Source: Azolla caroliniana | Taxonomy: Eukaryota; Plantae; Polypodiophyta | Assembly: GCA_043228905.1 (NCBI GenBank) | Contig: JBHGNT010001157.1 | Span: 1-11,465 of the forward strand | Direction of reading: 5' to 3' | Length of the DNA: 11,465 nucleotides | Shown: piece after piece, positions 8,434 through 11,465 of the stretch | Position numbering within the stretch: position 1 is the stretch's first letter | How the letters are laid out: every line of letters begins with the position of its first letter | Notes under the pieces: model-generated | Told to the model about the DNA's origin: nothing | Databases searched by the model: none | Seen by the model: the letters and a program-made list of their open reading frames with translations, nothing else | Translations under genes and position numbers: made by a program

Positions 8434-10723
8434 GTGTGTGAATCGTCACACGCCAAATAGCAATGTAATCGAATTTCCATGATAATATGTATATATATAT
8501 ATATATTCATGTCCACATACCGGAATAATGATGGCATCGCTAATATTAATCCTATCAATCGATCCGTATATTGAAATGAAAGTTTTCTTGTTGGGTTGTC
8601 ATGGAAGTTTTCTTGTTGGGTTTTCATGGGCTCTACTTATAAGATGTGTAGTAGGTGTCAAGTTTAGGTGCCCCCCCAACCCCCCATTTCTTTTCTTTAA
8701 ATCTACAACATTTGCACTTGGAAACGTTAATAATGATCTCTTCGTGCGCTTGACAGGGGCCGAATGGTTTATGGTGTGATGTCGATGTTGTCGAATTCTC
8801 TTACTATGGGACTAGTCCAGTTACCGCACCCAAGGAGCAACTACATACAGAGTTGGTCCAAGGTTTACAAGGAAATGACACCCATATAGGCCCCGGTTCC
8901 CAGGTAACAACTCTCGCCAAATGTTTCACCATTTTGCATTCTTGGGAAGTAAGTTGGGAGCCAATCTTTCTTGGTGAATAATAGACCATATCGATCACAT
9001 AAACTCGGCAAGCTTGTGCAACAACATCTACGAAATTCGAAGAACAAAAGTATGCCCTCTCACAAAAGAGAAACTTGTGTTTCTGAATCCAAAGAGTTTT
9101 TCAAAATATATTTTAAAAGAAAGAGAGAGGGGCTAAAATGGTCCTAGATACATAATTGCATACATATATTGCTTTAAATGCAACTAGTTTGAGTTGTGGT
9201 CACTCATGAAAATCTGAGTTTCCCAAATTTAGTTGTAGCTAATTGATTCACATGAAGATTGAATGTATATGGACACAATCTTCTTGATTAATAGGCTTTC
9301 GAATTTTCAAATAAATTAAACACATGAAATCATTATCTATGCTTATTATAGGTGGCAAGCCAGGACACATATGGGACCCTGGGAGCGATCGTCCAAAGCA
9401 AGATAGGCACTCGACAAGTCGGTTTCCTGACGAATCGGCGCATTGCAGTGGATTTGGACTATCCTAACCAGAAAATGTACCATCCATTGCCGCCGAACCT
9501 CGGGCCCGGCATATACATTGGGGCTGTCGAGAGGGCTACCTCCTTCATAACTGACAACTTATGGTACGGAATTTTTGCGAGCATGAATCCAGGTTCGGTC
9601 GAACTACCCTTCTATCGTTCTTCCGGTTTAGGGTTTAGGGTTTAGGGTTTACTTCTCCACGCGTGCTTTTGATCATTGTTCATCGCTATTTACATCGTCA
9701 TTGTCATTCCAGAGACATTTGTTAGGGCCGACGGAGCCTTCATACCATTCGATGAATGTTTCGATATGTCAAGGGTGACGACTACCGTGAACGGCCTAGG
9801 GGATATGGGAGAGGTCATGGCTATAGATCTTGAAGCTCCTGTAGGAAGCATTGTGGGGAGGCAGGTAGTAAAAGTAGGCCGGAGCTCGGGGATCACAAAG
9901 GGCCGCATTATGGCATATGCTCTCGAATATGAGGACGAAAAGGGGCTGTGCTTATTCACGGATTTTGTCATCGTCGGCAAGAATAAGCGAGCATTTGATC
10001 TCGAAGGTGATAGCGGGAGCTTGATTCTCCTAATGGAGGGGACCGGCCAAAGGCCGAGGCCCGTAGGGATGATATGGGGAGGAACACTAGCCAATCGAGG
10101 CCGTCTTAAGTTGTGCATTGGACATGGTCCCGAGAGTTGGACGAGCGGAGTCGATCTCGCCCGTCTCCTGGACCTTCTTCAACTCTCTCTAATAACAAGC
10201 AATGCCGATCTAGCGGGTACGATTGCGTGTTTCATGTGTGTTGCGTAGTGGTTGTTGTAGTTCTCTTGCCGTTCTAATCTTGTGTACTTCTACGGTGTTT
10301 TTATGAGCAAATGTAGTTGCTTGTCAAGAGTGTGGACATCATCGAGTATTGGGGCGTGTCTTAACCAATAGCCACGAGGTGGTGCCATGTCAAGGTTTGG
10401 TCGTGCCATCACAAGGTTTGGTTAAGAATTCCGAATCGATGGATAGTGACAATCAGCTTGGTGAGAGCATGTGTGAAACGGATTTCGGTTTTGTTCACAA
10501 GAACAATGAAAACGAGCATCTTGTAACAATATTGGTCGATCTTATTGACAATGGAAGTAAAGAAGCTTCCACATACAAAACTAGTGTGGATGATGTTACT
10601 AAAGACCCATCTACATCCAAGACTTATAAGGATGTGGAAGAGTTTTCCATGGGTTTGCACTTAAGTTCAATAGGGATGCATTTAAGAGAAAATGACCAAG
10701 ATTCTCTTAGTGATAATGCTTGA
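7876..10723 (+). CDS. NAL1: NARROW LEAF 1-like trypsin-fold serine protease; join(7876..8433,8757..8903,9352..9592,9713..10216,10317..10723), ~618 aa
   Basis: Family motifs YFQWP..ADDRAAYF, TLIELMTIRAFHSKLLRRFSLGTAIGFR, WCDVDVVEFSYYG, GSQVASQDTYGTLGAIV, AVDLDYPNQKMYHPLPPNLGPG, ETFVRADGAFIPF, KVGRSSG, FDLEGDSGSLI, WTSGVDL. Four GT-AG introns (phases 0,0,1,1) join into a 1857-nt stop-free frame. The start codon (7876 vs 7882/7906) is uncertain. Confidence 0.92.
8490..8505. repeat. (TA)8 microsatellite in intron 1
   Basis: Direct reading of the sequence. Confidence 0.85.
8757..8903 (+). CDS. NAL1: NAL1-like exon 2 (missed by the ORF track)
   Basis: Acceptor TGACAG|GGG; encodes GPNGLWCDVDVVEFSYYGTSPVTAPKEQLHTELVQGLQGNDTHIGPGSQ; donor CAG|GTAACA. 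Confidence 0.93.
9352..9592 (+). CDS. NAL1: NAL1-like exon 3
   Basis: Acceptor TTATAG|GTG; VASQDTYGTLGAIV..GIFASMNP; donor CCAG|GTTCGG. Confidence 0.93.
9625..9651 (+). repeat. Plant telomere-type repeat (TTTAGGG)3+ in intron 3
   Basis: GG-TTTAGGG-TTTAGGG-TTTAGGG-TTTA. Confidence 0.9.
9713..10216 (+). CDS. NAL1: NAL1-like exon 4 (catalytic Asp and Ser)
   Basis: Acceptor TTCCAG|AGACA restores ETFVRADG; contains GDSGS; donor GCGG|GTACGA. Confidence 0.93.
10317..10723 (+). CDS. NAL1: NAL1-like exon 5 (variable acidic C-terminal tail)
   Basis: Acceptor TGTAG|TTGCT is phase-compatible with exon 4 and in frame with ORF 10349-10723; ends at TGA. Confidence 0.8.
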
Positions 10724-11187
10724 TTGCTTATTATAGGATTAAAAACTCGATGTTTTCCTGTACATGTTATGTGAGTGCATTTTATAAATACATACCATTG
10801 TAATAACTTTCCAAAGTACAAGTCTTAAGTCCAACCCCATGTGTGTATGATTATGTCAAGAGATCTAAAGGCTTGCTAAATTGCAAGGAAGCATAAGCTT
10901 TGTTCAAACTCTAATAACACCTCAAAGCCAACAACATGAACTCTTCGGAATTGGTGTGGTAGATAAAGAACATACTTGAAGTTTGAACCTTGCCCAAACT
11001 TTGATGAAGACATTGGAGTGTCAAGTTTCATCTTATCTTAGGAACTCACATATTTTATTATAACCTTGTATTTCTAAAAACAAGGGACAAATTTGCAAGT
11101 AAACTTGAAACCTTGCCCAAACATAGTACTAAAATTGTGAAATATGCACAAAAAACGCCTAATGTCCTATGGACAAAGTCGAGGTTC

Positions 11188-11231
11188 TCTTCTACTATTG
11201 CAATTTTAGTCTTCTACTATTGCAATTCTAG
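11188..11231. repeat. 22-bp tandem duplication
   Basis: TCTTCTACTATTGCAATT(T/C)TAG x2. Confidence 0.85.
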
Positions 11232-11465
11232 TTTGTCATAGGTTTGATGTTATTGAATATAGAAATAAAAAGCCATCCATCCACATCACAATCTAGGGAT
11301 GTGCAAGAGTTTTCCTTGGGTTTCTAACCCTTTGGTTATAACTCAAAAAAGGAATTGCATAGAGGACTCTTAGTAACAATTATTTTATAGCTCATTAGAC
11401 TTGCTCTAATTGCACGTGCTATTGATGTGGCTTTTAACAAATGCATCCCATTTTGACACTTGATT

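Noticed and set aside
8199-8779. ORFs 8199-8627 (-) and 8528-8779 (+)
   Set aside because: Antisense to exon 1 or intronic; the true exon 2 is in a different frame from 8528-8779.
9690-10118. 142-aa minus-strand ORF
   Set aside because: Antisense shadow of NAL1-like exon 4.
1-10723. Functional link between the retroelement relics and the NAL1-like gene as a single system
   Set aside because: The TE ORFs are broken and lie more than 3.8 kb upstream; the gene has the normal intron-containing structure and no TE-derived domain.
10983-11123. Direct repeat TTGAA(A)CCTTGCCCAAAC about 120 bp apart
   Set aside because: Short, with no TIR/TSD or array; probably decayed repeat DNA.

Overview
Eukaryotic land-plant genomic DNA. 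It is repeat-rich and looks fern-like, but that taxon is only an inference. Bases 1-~3470 are the degenerate 3' part of a Ty1/copia LTR retrotransposon (integrase-RT-RNase H, PPT, 3' LTR). It is interrupted by an antisense LTR-like insert carrying an internal ~240-bp tandem duplication, and it has two tandem, diverged RNase H segments. Next come a decayed Ty3/gypsy RT fragment (~3572-4055) and an AT-rich intergenic region with microsatellites and small repeats. Bases 7876-10723 (+) hold an intact 5-exon NARROW LEAF 1 (NAL1)-like trypsin-fold serine protease gene of about 618 aa with GT-AG introns. The most notable observation is that the protease's conserved catalytic His motif LTNRH reads LTNRR while the catalytic Asp and Ser are kept, making it a candidate pseudoprotease. 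I see no clear evidence of a wholly new multi-gene system.
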